Positions 49,079-59,500 of a stretch of 64,000 nt of DNA are shown one piece after another. Under the pieces are notes generated by a model. The model had not been told where the DNA came from and did not search any database. It saw nothing but the letters and a program-made list of their open reading frames with translations. A program made the position numbers and the translations under genes. The first letter of the stretch is position 1. Every line of letters begins with the position of its first letter. The stretch is from a virus (Duplodnaviria; Caudoviricetes): the IMG/VR virus record IMGVR_UViG_3300032138_000647, positions 1 to 64,000 of that record, one strand, 5' to 3'.

Positions 49079-51118
49079 ATGCCGTTTGATCCATACATAC
49101 ACTACAAGTACAACTTCAAGGTGGAAACTTTTCCGCCCTCTAGCGAGGACGGTCCAGACGTGTCTGAGAACCGATCTAAAGACGCCGCTTTCCATCTTGA
49201 CTACCCCCTCACGTTTGCTCAGGGGGAGAGTGTTGATAAATATACTAAGGCTGAAAGACCTAACTGTCAGATATATTGCAGGGCTGGCTATATTGCTTCA
49301 GGCTTCTTTTTTCCAGATGCGGGAAGTCACTGCGGCGGCGATTTGGACGCAGTTGAAGATCAGTTCCTTCCTAAACAATCGTGGTTTCGTAGTCGAAAGA
49401 GCACAATTCAAGTCGATGGTAATGTTTACGTCCTTCCGGGTGGAAATGAAGCCCATCGCACAAAGATTACCGCAGTGACCCATCCTCATTTTTTTAACAA
49501 ACCTATACACCCAGTAGCCTCTGGTGCTATAGCGAAAAACAACCGCTGGGTGATGGCTACAAATGAGTTGGGCTTCTTTGAAACCGGGGCTAGGGCGCGG
49601 CAACTGAATCAATATAAATTGCAGCACTACACACAAGTATTCCCCGGAATGCAGTTCTGGTGTTCGGGAGAACAAGACGCGGAAGGTAATGATACTACAG
49701 TAGTGCACTCAGAAAAATGTCCTGACGGATTTGGCAGGCCCGGCGCACCGCCGAAAAAAAAGAAAGGTGCTTTTTCATACGATTGGAATGGGGGAGAGGC
49801 TTGCCTTTCTTGTATAGACGCAGAAGTAAGTGATCCGCTGGGATTTGACAAACAACAACCAAATATTTGTAACTTCGTAAGATTTAGCGGAGTCGGGGTA
49901 ATGATGGACACAGAATACCCACAGGGATCAGGAGCAAAGTCGGCCACACCTCTTGAGATGGTACTGGGAGAGGAGAGAAACCTCCAGTATTCGACAAACG
50001 AACTAAATAGAGATTTGAGCAAGAGGTGCGGAGGAGTTCAGGACTTAAGGAACTGCAACATGGTTGCCTCGATATCTAATGGGGGTGATTATGAACACGA
50101 AAGAGTTGGGATGGGTCACGCTTGGGATGCCGGTAACAAGTATACTGCGAGTGGGCAAACTGATCAAAGGGCAGGAAGACAAGCAGCCCTGTCGTTGGCA
50201 AGTTTTGAGATCCTTAGTCCCGGTGGAACGGCGTATCATACTGGAGATGTTGGCAAGTATGATGGCAAAGCGCTTGTAAAAGTTAGGGCTGTAAAAGAAA
50301 AGCCTCCTTGTGATGATGAACACACCTTGGATAAGGAGCGTATTCATTTTCACATGGAAGATAATTGCGGTGCTAAGCACGTTTATAAGATAAAGCCAGA
50401 CATTGTCGACAACAAGGCTTTAATAGAAGTTCCCCCACAATTGGCTATTACATCTATCACAGATTTCTTCCCCGGAAATAAGCTTTATCCTCATCCTCAC
50501 TCCTCAGCAGGTGCAGGTATGATAGCGCCTAGCACGGGTCCGGTTGATCACGACTGGAGCTTTGTAGATGAAGGTGGAGAACCAAGAGATTTCGGGCCAT
50601 TTACGGACTACGTATATATTCATAATACACACCCAGTTATCCATTGGGATACTGCTATATACGCACCCGACAGGGTAATGATTTATCTTTGGGTGAGAAC
50701 AAGAAAGTCCAAGGGTCAGTACAATTTAGATCTTTCACGATATGGCAACCTATATCCCGACAGCGAGGGTGAGCCTCAGATGGCAGAGTTTGGTATTCCT
50801 GAATTGATATATGCCTCAGACATGTTAGGAGAGGATCGCTCTTACAGCGGTGACGACGATAGGCGGTGGAAGCCGGGCTTTGGTCATCAGGTTGGGAAGT
50901 ACACCGGGAAGAAGGTGCCTGATCCAGCCTACGATTTAGCTGACCCGAACCACTACAGTAGTTATCCCCCGCACACGCCGATGCCTAGGCGGGGAAGCGA
51001 TCATAGATATAAACTTCAAGTCATGGTTGTTGATGGTGCTGGAATACGCGGCTGTCTATCAACCGCTATTTACTTTTCTATTGAGCGCATGAAAGAAGAA
51101 GGGGTTTGGTGGGAGTAA
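49079..51118 (+). CDS. Hypothetical Cys-containing tail protein (679 aa)
   Basis: Long ORF in the tail operon, SD AAGGA; no family recognised. Confidence 0.7.
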   Translation: MPFDPYIHYKYNFKVETFPPSSEDGPDVSENRSKDAAFHLDYPLTFAQGESVDKYTKAERPNCQIYCRAGYIASGFFFPDAGSHCGGDLDAVEDQFLPKQSWFRSRKSTIQVDGNVYVLPGGNEAHRTKITAVTHPHFFNKPIHPVASGAIAKNNRWVMATNELGFFETGARARQLNQYKLQHYTQVFPGMQFWCSGEQDAEGNDTTVVHSEKCPDGFGRPGAPPKKKKGAFSYDWNGGEACLSCIDAEVSDPLGFDKQQPNICNFVRFSGVGVMMDTEYPQGSGAKSATPLEMVLGEERNLQYSTNELNRDLSKRCGGVQDLRNCNMVASISNGGDYEHERVGMGHAWDAGNKYTASGQTDQRAGRQAALSLASFEILSPGGTAYHTGDVGKYDGKALVKVRAVKEKPPCDDEHTLDKERIHFHMEDNCGAKHVYKIKPDIVDNKALIEVPPQLAITSITDFFPGNKLYPHPHSSAGAGMIAPSTGPVDHDWSFVDEGGEPRDFGPFTDYVYIHNTHPVIHWDTAIYAPDRVMIYLWVRTRKSKGQYNLDLSRYGNLYPDSEGEPQMAEFGIPELIYASDMLGEDRSYSGDDDRRWKPGFGHQVGKYTGKKVPDPAYDLADPNHYSSYPPHTPMPRRGSDHRYKLQVMVVDGAGIRGCLSTAIYFSIERMKEEGVWWE

Positions 51119-54100
51119 TGACACACGGAAAAGAACACGGATATCAAAATTACGCTATAGTGCCCGGCTCTGGGGTCAGTGAGCTTGATTGGCCTGCTAG
51201 CGGCGCTGTACCAGAATCCTATTCAGCAGGTGGTTGGACTTATGGTAATGAGGGGTTTGTGCAGCAAACCTTTCTCGGAGCTTCCATACGATCTTTCAAT
51301 GTCAATGGAGGCTTTGGTGATTCTAGCTCCTCTCTTAGTGTAGCATTGGTCAATGATGAATATAACGAATCGGACAAGACTGGAAAAGGCAAGGGCGACG
51401 ATGTCTATCATGACGGGAATGCTGATGATTTTTCACCGCCCCCCGTTGGTTCGCCTGCGTTTTTTAAGTTTGGGAAAAACCACGCTACAGTAGAGGACGC
51501 TTGGAGAAAAGTTTTTGATGATACATACTATTGGTATCCCGATTGGCCTGCTGCGGGCTGGGATACAGGAAAACTATACACTGGAAGCGTAAGGCAAACC
51601 ATACCACCCCTCAAAGAGTTTCCAGTAGATAAAGGGCCTAGCGGAGAAATACTTGAGATACCTGAACATAACTATTACTTTATGGGTTCTGATGATCCAA
51701 TAGACCTAGAAGCTCAAACCGGTAGCTTAACTACAACCGCAACAAACGAAAAAAATAGGTGGAGCGATCAACGTCTTAGGTTTGACCCTTCCTATATGGG
51801 CAGAGGAAAGGATCACTTTGCGTTTGGCGGGGTTATCCAAAGCTATACAGAAAATCGTGGAGGTGGAGGTAATCCCCTCTATGACGTAAAGATGGTTGAT
51901 CCTAGAGAGATACTTTCTAATGCTACGCTAATTCTAAATAACTATACTGGGACCACCTTTAACAATAAAAATCTATTCAATATTTATGGGTTCTTGGAAT
52001 ATGACCCAAGTGACGGTCTGAAAAACACCCTGCGCGCTGCTTATAATGTTAATGACTCAGAGCCAATTCCCGGTGTCAATCCCACCAATGGTCAACCCCC
52101 TATGCTTGCCAAGTATGTGCAGCCAAATGGTGGTATTTTATACTTTGGTGATGATATGTATAGGAATGTCCCCTCTATCCCCTTTAGCTTCTCTGTTGCT
52201 AAATTGCCAACAACGTTTCCAATCACAGGGCGTGGCTATTCAAGAAGAGGAGATAAGGGAATACCATACTACAGGGTAAGCCAAGCTATTACTGCGTTGT
52301 TTAATTATGACGGAGCATTGCCAGCAGAGTATGTGGCTAAAGGTTTTGGTGGCACTATTAATTTTAGAGGGTTTAATTATGTGGTTGACTTTGGTGGCAT
52401 TCCTCTTGATAAGATACCGAAGTTTTATTTTCTAGAGTTTGACCAGATTGACATGCTGGCTTTGGCTCAGGAGTTGTGTGATGTGATTAGCCACGATCTA
52501 TTCGTAAGCTTGCTTCCAGTCATAAATCATCCTGCCGTAGATTGGCTTTATGAATGGAATAAACATTGCATCTCTAGCAATAAGCCAGAACAAACAGTTC
52601 ATGGAATTATACGTGTAGATGCTATCAATAGATCAGATAAGCCAGACTACGGAAGTATAAAGAAATTCTTGGACAATCTTCATACGAAGGGTATTGAAGT
52701 AGAAAATAGGGATGTTGGTTTTGAGCTATCTAACGTCGTAACAGACAAGTTTATAGCTGGCGCTCAAGAAACAGAAATGTACTACTTCTCTAATAATAAA
52801 GATAGAGACTTTCTGGAGGTGCGTAAACACAAGGAGGGGGTAAGCAACGAATACGATAAGCTGCTGGGAGATCAGTGGTATCTTAGCACAGCTTTTGAAC
52901 AGCAAATACTTCCATTCTATGGGTTCCTTGGTAAGGATGCAGTTACTATACCTCGTGGGTTTGGTGCCTACAAGCAGATATTACTAGATTCCACATCGCT
53001 TAACGCGAAGGGTGTCGGTAATTATTATATAGCCACGGAGCTTGAGCTTAGGCATGCTGACATCTCATTTGAACAGTGGAGAAACTTTTTGCTGACCTAT
53101 AATGACGTATACATGGAGTCAATGGAAGCAAACGATGCGGTAGAAAAGACCCTACTGAATAGCATCCCTGCATCATCAGGGATACCCGCAGGTAAAAAGC
53201 TGAATCCCAATATATCTAATAACCACGGCGTGTCATCACCCCGCTGCGTGTTCAGGTCCGACAGAAACTATATGGGCGTAGATGGTCTGCCTGCCAGTCC
53301 TTGCAATCCACCATATGGATACCCACTGTATTTTAAGCGGGCTGAAAAAATCGGTATTCCCGAAGCGGGTCTAGCCAAAATAACCGCAGCAAAGACTCAG
53401 ATACAAATGAATCTAGCAAAGCTAAAGTTGCCGAAATCACAAGAAACGTTTACGGAACTTCGCGGTGCACAAATGGGCGAATACAAGGATAAGATTTTTA
53501 AGAATGTACATCAGTTCTTTAGCGATGGTACTGCTCTTTTTGAGGCCGCAAAGCCTCTTGGTCGCGCATTGATGGGCGTTTCTTTGCTGGGAAGTTGGCT
53601 GAAAAATGAAAAAAATGAGTCAATGCTTACGGCTGCTAGCGGAGCCATTGGGGATTGGTTTGATGACGCTATTGCAAATAGAGCCAACCGTGAATATGCC
53701 ACTCAGGTGGGTATGATTAAAACCTTTCTGGAAAAAAACGAAGACTTGCTCAAGCAAACGCAGAGACTACAGGAAGAGGGTATGGAGAATGCGCTTAAGG
53801 TATACAATTTTGTAAAGGAAATTGCTAGTAAGCATCTTGGTAAAACCTATCTTGTTAAACTTCCACAAAGGTGCAATTTATCATATGCCAAGAATATAGT
53901 CATGAATACAACGGGTGCATCACAGGGTGTACAGTTTCACCCAGATAATGCCAACGCCGCAGACGATGCGGCCCTAGGCGTCATGTCTGTTGGTGACCGT
54001 CAGGAAGCTGTTAAAGGGGCTGTTAGGATGGCCACGGCTAGATCAGAGAGGTTATCGGAGCCTGCTTATGGACCTTTTGGGTTCATGCCTAGGCCGATAT

Positions 54101-56556
54101 CTGCTGCACCTAGATATGCATTTGGGTCAGTGTTTGGTGGTGTATTCCAGCAGCAAATGCTTCAGAATCGAATGCAATACGAAGGGCTGCCGATATCTAA
54201 TGGGCTTACTGTGCTTAATCAAAGTGACAAGTCTGTAAATCAAACTTTGGGTATGCATGGAAACGCTAATCCTTTAGGAGCTTACACCTATGGAGCCTTG
54301 AAGTGTCACTACAATCCAATGGTAGATGCATATCAATACAATTACGAACCGGACAGTCAAGGGGGATTCTTCCCGTTTGATCTTTTTGAGAATATGCTTA
54401 CACCTTCAGACATGGGCAGCATACCCAATCAGTCCAAAATGCCACTAGGCACTAGGCAGGTTCTTTGTCCGAAAGATCTTACTAACTTTATTACAGACGG
54501 TGGGCGGATTGGGGCTTACATAAGATACGATAACAGTCAGTTTTTAAGCTTTAATGGAATTAGTAAGGAAGAGCTTACTCAGCAAACAGTTGATGCTAAT
54601 GGGTATATGATTCCAGATCTGTGTGAAGAGATGGATAACATGAAGCAGGATGAGTTCCACAGCTTCAATAGTAAGGAAAAGCTACAGTCTTTACCAAAAG
54701 CCGTCGCCTTTGTGAAGTGCGATATAGACAGCAAGCTTTATATGCCCCCCAAGTCAGTGGGAGTTGACCCCCTTAAAACAACAGCTTTGACTAAGCTGGG
54801 GAAAATGAGGACGGCTACAGGAACATCACACCATCCATCTCCTGTTTTTCAGGACGCTGTTTTTGGTAGAAACGTAGTAGATATTGGTCAGATTGCAGAA
54901 CCTAGGCGGCTGTGGAATGCTTCTGGGTGCTTCTGGGAAAATAGCTATGCATATTACGAGTCTCATTATGTTCCTGATCCAGAAACCGGTGGCGATGACG
55001 GAACACTGGTGCAGCAGGAAGATTTTTACAGAGAATACAACGCCGTGCTAGATGGTGATATTATACGAACAGATATTGCTGGTCTGGATTCAGATCATGT
55101 CTACGCCCTGATAACCGTTCCGGGCAAGGTTGTTCCCACCCATGATTCTCGACAGAAGGATGGCCCTTATTTTAGATACCAGCCTGCCCTACTCCATCAC
55201 TTGCTTACCATGGATACGGTGAAGGGTGTGATTGGATTTGAGAAGCCTAGCATGAGGGGGAAGCCTACCAATTTCCTAGTAGAGCAGTGTGCAAATGTCC
55301 AAATAGACACAATTGTCAACGCCCTTAACGCGCAGAAGAAAGCACTCGAAGAGATGACACTTGCAAACCCGGAGGCTCAGCTTTCGGCAGCATCACCGTC
55401 TCCGGTGTATCCAGACCTAGTTGTCCTCCCGCTAATGTCTACAGAAAGATGCTATGGACCATGGGTTTCTTCGCATATCGACGCGCAGGCGGCAAACCAC
55501 AAAGACATAGGAGGAAAAATAGAATACATCAAGGATGAAAACTTAGCTCCTTGGAACTTTGCGGGATACCAACTAATGAATGAGGCTGGAAAGCTTCAGG
55601 CGGTATTCTCCAATAGCCTTCTACTGTTTTCTGAAAGGGGGGGATTTGTTTATCCCGGAGCGCCGGAGGGAAATAGTCTAGCAAAATCTCTATCTGACGG
55701 AGGCCCGCTGGTAACAAGTATTTCAGTTGATGTCGGTGCGGGGGGAATAAAAACCACCTACAAAATGGATTTATACACGGCCAACTTTGGAAAAATAGCC
55801 AAACAAAAGGAGCAGCTTATTGCTAAGGTGGCCAGAGAAAGGCAAAAGCTGAGGGACGAAAGAAACTCTCTAATTAGAAAGGGGATTGGGAAGGGGCAAA
55901 GTTCTCAAAACCTTGGTCTTGTGAACAAGATGTTTGCCGGTGTGGAGGCCATGAAGTCGCAAACTGATAACTTGATGACCACTCTAGACAAGGGTGCTAC
56001 TTATAGTGACATGATTATTGGAAGCGTGGTATCCGCAGAACACAAGGGGCATGACGATGCCGGTGAGGGAAACACAACCAGAGAAGTTGGCTTCGAGGTT
56101 AGTTCACAACCAAATAAGATACTGAAACAAGCTATGGGAATTACACCATCCGAGGATATGGCTAGGAAGCAGGACTTAAATACGTTTGGTGGAAGCTGGA
56201 GCAATCTGTTGGCAGGAACTTCAAAAGATGTATACCATCCAGATGCTCCCTATTTTCAAGCCATTAATCCTACGGCCAATAGAGAGAGGTATTATCTGGA
56301 TGATGATGGTCTTCCAGCGCAAAACATAGATGGGATTACAGAGGCTAGCAGTGGCGGTAGCAGCGGTGCAGGTGGGAGCGGTGGAGGCGCAGGTGGCGGA
56401 ACAGGTGGTGGCACTGGCGGAGGAACCGGCGATGGTACTGGTGGTGGTCTCAACGACCCCGGCGGTGGCGCAGGAACAGGTGACGGTACTGGCGGTGGTA
56501 CTGACGGAGGAACCGGTGGTGGTACTGGTGGTGGAGATGGATATGAACCTTACTAA
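51118..56556 (+). CDS. Baseplate hub/Tal-like tail-tip protein with Gly-rich C-terminus
   Basis: TAATG overlap gives start 51118. Hub-like motifs (FLGASIRSF...SSLSVALV, YDVKMVDPREIL, PLVTSISVDVGAGGIKTTYKM). Confidence 0.55.
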   Translation: MTHGKEHGYQNYAIVPGSGVSELDWPASGAVPESYSAGGWTYGNEGFVQQTFLGASIRSFNVNGGFGDSSSSLSVALVNDEYNESDKTGKGKGDDVYHDGNADDFSPPPVGSPAFFKFGKNHATVEDAWRKVFDDTYYWYPDWPAAGWDTGKLYTGSVRQTIPPLKEFPVDKGPSGEILEIPEHNYYFMGSDDPIDLEAQTGSLTTTATNEKNRWSDQRLRFDPSYMGRGKDHFAFGGVIQSYTENRGGGGNPLYDVKMVDPREILSNATLILNNYTGTTFNNKNLFNIYGFLEYDPSDGLKNTLRAAYNVNDSEPIPGVNPTNGQPPMLAKYVQPNGGILYFGDDMYRNVPSIPFSFSVAKLPTTFPITGRGYSRRGDKGIPYYRVSQAITALFNYDGALPAEYVAKGFGGTINFRGFNYVVDFGGIPLDKIPKFYFLEFDQIDMLALAQELCDVISHDLFVSLLPVINHPAVDWLYEWNKHCISSNKPEQTVHGIIRVDAINRSDKPDYGSIKKFLDNLHTKGIEVENRDVGFELSNVVTDKFIAGAQETEMYYFSNNKDRDFLEVRKHKEGVSNEYDKLLGDQWYLSTAFEQQILPFYGFLGKDAVTIPRGFGAYKQILLDSTSLNAKGVGNYYIATELELRHADISFEQWRNFLLTYNDVYMESMEANDAVEKTLLNSIPASSGIPAGKKLNPNISNNHGVSSPRCVFRSDRNYMGVDGLPASPCNPPYGYPLYFKRAEKIGIPEAGLAKITAAKTQIQMNLAKLKLPKSQETFTELRGAQMGEYKDKIFKNVHQFFSDGTALFEAAKPLGRALMGVSLLGSWLKNEKNESMLTAASGAIGDWFDDAIANRANREYATQVGMIKTFLEKNEDLLKQTQRLQEEGMENALKVYNFVKEIASKHLGKTYLVKLPQRCNLSYAKNIVMNTTGASQGVQFHPDNANAADDAALGVMSVGDRQEAVKGAVRMATARSERLSEPAYGPFGFMPRPISAAPRYAFGSVFGGVFQQQMLQNRMQYEGLPISNGLTVLNQSDKSVNQTLGMHGNANPLGAYTYGALKCHYNPMVDAYQYNYEPDSQGGFFPFDLFENMLTPSDMGSIPNQSKMPLGTRQVLCPKDLTNFITDGGRIGAYIRYDNSQFLSFNGISKEELTQQTVDANGYMIPDLCEEMDNMKQDEFHSFNSKEKLQSLPKAVAFVKCDIDSKLYMPPKSVGVDPLKTTALTKLGKMRTATGTSHHPSPVFQDAVFGRNVVDIGQIAEPRRLWNASGCFWENSYAYYESHYVPDPETGGDDGTLVQQEDFYREYNAVLDGDIIRTDIAGLDSDHVYALITVPGKVVPTHDSRQKDGPYFRYQPALLHHLLTMDTVKGVIGFEKPSMRGKPTNFLVEQCANVQIDTIVNALNAQKKALEEMTLANPEAQLSAASPSPVYPDLVVLPLMSTERCYGPWVSSHIDAQAANHKDIGGKIEYIKDENLAPWNFAGYQLMNEAGKLQAVFSNSLLLFSERGGFVYPGAPEGNSLAKSLSDGGPLVTSISVDVGAGGIKTTYKMDLYTANFGKIAKQKEQLIAKVARERQKLRDERNSLIRKGIGKGQSSQNLGLVNKMFAGVEAMKSQTDNLMTTLDKGATYSDMIIGSVVSAEHKGHDDAGEGNTTREVGFEVSSQPNKILKQAMGITPSEDMARKQDLNTFGGSWSNLLAGTSKDVYHPDAPYFQAINPTANRERYYLDDDGLPAQNIDGITEASSGGSSGAGGSGGGAGGGTGGGTGGGTGDGTGGGLNDPGGGAGTGDGTGGGTDGGTGGGTGGGDGYEPY
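56347..56541 (+). repeat. Low-complexity GGGT/GDGT coding repeat
   Basis: ~65 codons of Gly-rich 4-residue units ending in YEPY. Confidence 0.9.
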
Positions 56557-56579
56557 CATAGGAAACTAGGAGAATTGTA

Positions 56580-59500
56580 ATGGCTAAGTTTAAAGGCATG
56601 ATGGGGCAAACCCACGAGGCGCTCCATGTAATCACGACTAAAGATCCATACTTTAGGTCAATAGGATTGGTGAACTTTACCAGTGGCCAGTTGTGGGAGG
56701 CTCTTAAAAACAATGTCGCATTAAATACAGACCCTAACGGAGCACCAACTGGCCGCAGTCAGCAGGCAGTCTGGAATCAGATCATGACTTCGGAAGATGC
56801 CAACTTTATGCACATGGATGACGCTTCCAAGGAGACCACTAGGCTTGAACTGACTAGCTATCTACCTTTGGCAAACTCTGGACCATTTGCTGTTGATGAT
56901 CTTATAGGGCTAAACAGAGACTGGGCTAGCGGGTTATACCAAACAGATACTCATCCTGAAGAGTGCAAGCTATTGAAGCACGTAAAAACCGGCAGAGGTG
57001 GCTATGTGCAATGGTCTGGTGGACCGCCAACTGCGGGAGGTGCCGCAGCGTCGGGTTCTTCGGCTAGCGGACAATTAACTGCTGGCCTATATATAGACTT
57101 TACTCCAGATGTAACCGCTACCCCATCCGGCTGGGCCAGCGGAGTTCCCCACTTCCCATCTGGCCAAAGCGGTATTATTCGTGCTGGACAAAATAAATGC
57201 GTCAAGGGGTTTCACCCTACGTTTCAGGTAAGGTTATTTGATGGAAGTAGGGCGCGTAATAGTGATCGATCCATGGTTGGAAATGGCCCGCCAACTTTCG
57301 TAGCTATGCCAAAAACAAACTTCGGCAAGCCCTATAACTGGAGGGGGACTGATAACGACGGGACGCCACCCGGACAGTTTGCAGATCTAGAAGAAGGCGG
57401 AGATTCAAACCCTAGCAACATGGTTGGCGGAGAGCTAGATGTTGCCTATAATAGGAATACGGGGAAGTTTGAAGCGGGAACTATACAGTGCATAGCAAGG
57501 CTGTTAGATGATATTGCTGCCGCTCCACTGCTACAGTTTCCAGAGGGAAATGTAGACCTTTTAACGCAAGACTGCTTCATGCCTAGCAGCGATCAATATA
57601 CCGGCTTCTTCGCTACTGGCAGGGCTACCCCAATGAGCGTTCATCATGGTAATCCTTATACGTTTGGTCCCACTTGGAAGGGAAAGAAGTGTAAAAAAGA
57701 TGAGAAGGAAATATTGATAGCTGTTAATAGAGCACAAAGAGACTATAAGGCTGGCGAAACCGTCATGCTTAATAAGATTGACGGCGAGTGGATTATCCTC
57801 CCCATGGGAGAGATTGATGTTGTGACACCCGGAATGTTTGGTATACAGCAATGGTCATTCAGTAGTTTTATAGCCAACTCTAATGGGTATTTTAGAGACA
57901 ACAGGTATGAAGAAAAGTTGTGGACAAAGGCTGGGGCATGGGGGCACTGGGGAGGGACGATAGTAAATGAAGACGTGCATTTTATGATTCCCGGTGGTTC
58001 CAACTCGCAGTCAGGTGGTTCTGTTAACTTGACTGCACAAGAGATGAAAGTTATTAAGACAGCCGACTATGAGGATGGGTTCAGGCGAGAGTTTTTCTAC
58101 TCTATGTTTTATGATGATGGTTCTATGATCTTTGCTACGCCGGGGTTTGCGATGTTTCCCAGTCGTAAGGCAAAGGATGCAGCACTTAACCTAGGGTACA
58201 ACGTGAATGGTCTTCTTACTGCTATCGCCAAAGGGAAGGCTGGTCTACCCGTTGCTTCGGGAGCATATATCCGCACTAACATGGTGGGTGCACTAAATGG
58301 ATATCACCAAACATCAAACTTCGATATGGTTAGTAAAGCGTTTGGCGGAGTAAACACAAGAACGATACTTGGTCAGCAAAACCATGATATGAAGTGTGGC
58401 GGACAAGAACAAGAGAAAGACGATGACGGAACAATTCCGGGGTGGCAAATGTATCCTTTCTGGGGGCCTATGTTCAAAGACGGATACAGAACTGTTCAAC
58501 TCGACAGCATTAGGAATAAGACAGTAGATATTGTACCTTGCGGACCCACAAACGCCTACTTCTTTAACGCCAACTTGCCATCGTTGGGCGCAGGAGATGG
58601 CAAGTCTATCATAAACATGGATACCGATGCCAATATGATGGGTGGGCCTTTTTCTTGGGTTGAATCTGACGCTAGTGGCGTTCCACTCACCCGAAAGCTT
58701 ACTACTAGCAACGAGGGACTTCAGTTGCCAGCAGATATAGCTTTAAATGCTTCACCTAGCGGGCTAAACGGTAGGCCGATGGAAGATCTTCTATACATTC
58801 AAGCGTGGTCTAACGTAGATACCAGAAGGAAAGACCTGTTTGAGAGGATGAAGTATATGTTTAAGAGAGTAGATCGGTTCGGTAACGTTATTACTGGCAG
58901 CGGATCGCAGGCAAGGTTTACATGGTTGGCAGACCCAAGTGGGTTTGATAGTGTTAACAATCACGATAATCCTTCGACATCGACATATGACCTCAGACCC
59001 CTTTCGCCAGAAAAGATTTCTTTTTATCCAGCCACTGTAGAGTGGGTTGCTTCTACCGACCCACACACTTTCTTCGGTCCTAGGTCTGATGAGCAACTGT
59101 ACGGTGGGCAGAAAAGGTTTCCGTGGGTTCCAGTCTCTTATCAACAACATTGGCAGAACGCAAGGAAGAATTGGCTTGGTGGCGGAGGGGCTGGGGAGGA
59201 GTTTAAGCTGAATGGATATACATCACCTTTACCCGGATTCACATTCCTTAACACCCCCGATGTAGGCATGGGAAATCTGTATGATATAATTCCGCAAAGG
59301 TTCTTTCAGAGAAACCAGAGGGCAAGGCTTCACGGCAATAAGCTATTGGCTCAAGACAGTACTGGTAAAAAGCTTTACCCCCTCAAGGGGCTAGCATGGC
59401 AAGGCGGTCACAGCATAGATGTCCTACCGTGGGATTATCGAGTTATGGGCAAGTCTCCTAATAAATATTACCCCGGTACAATGGATTATTACAAGGACAA

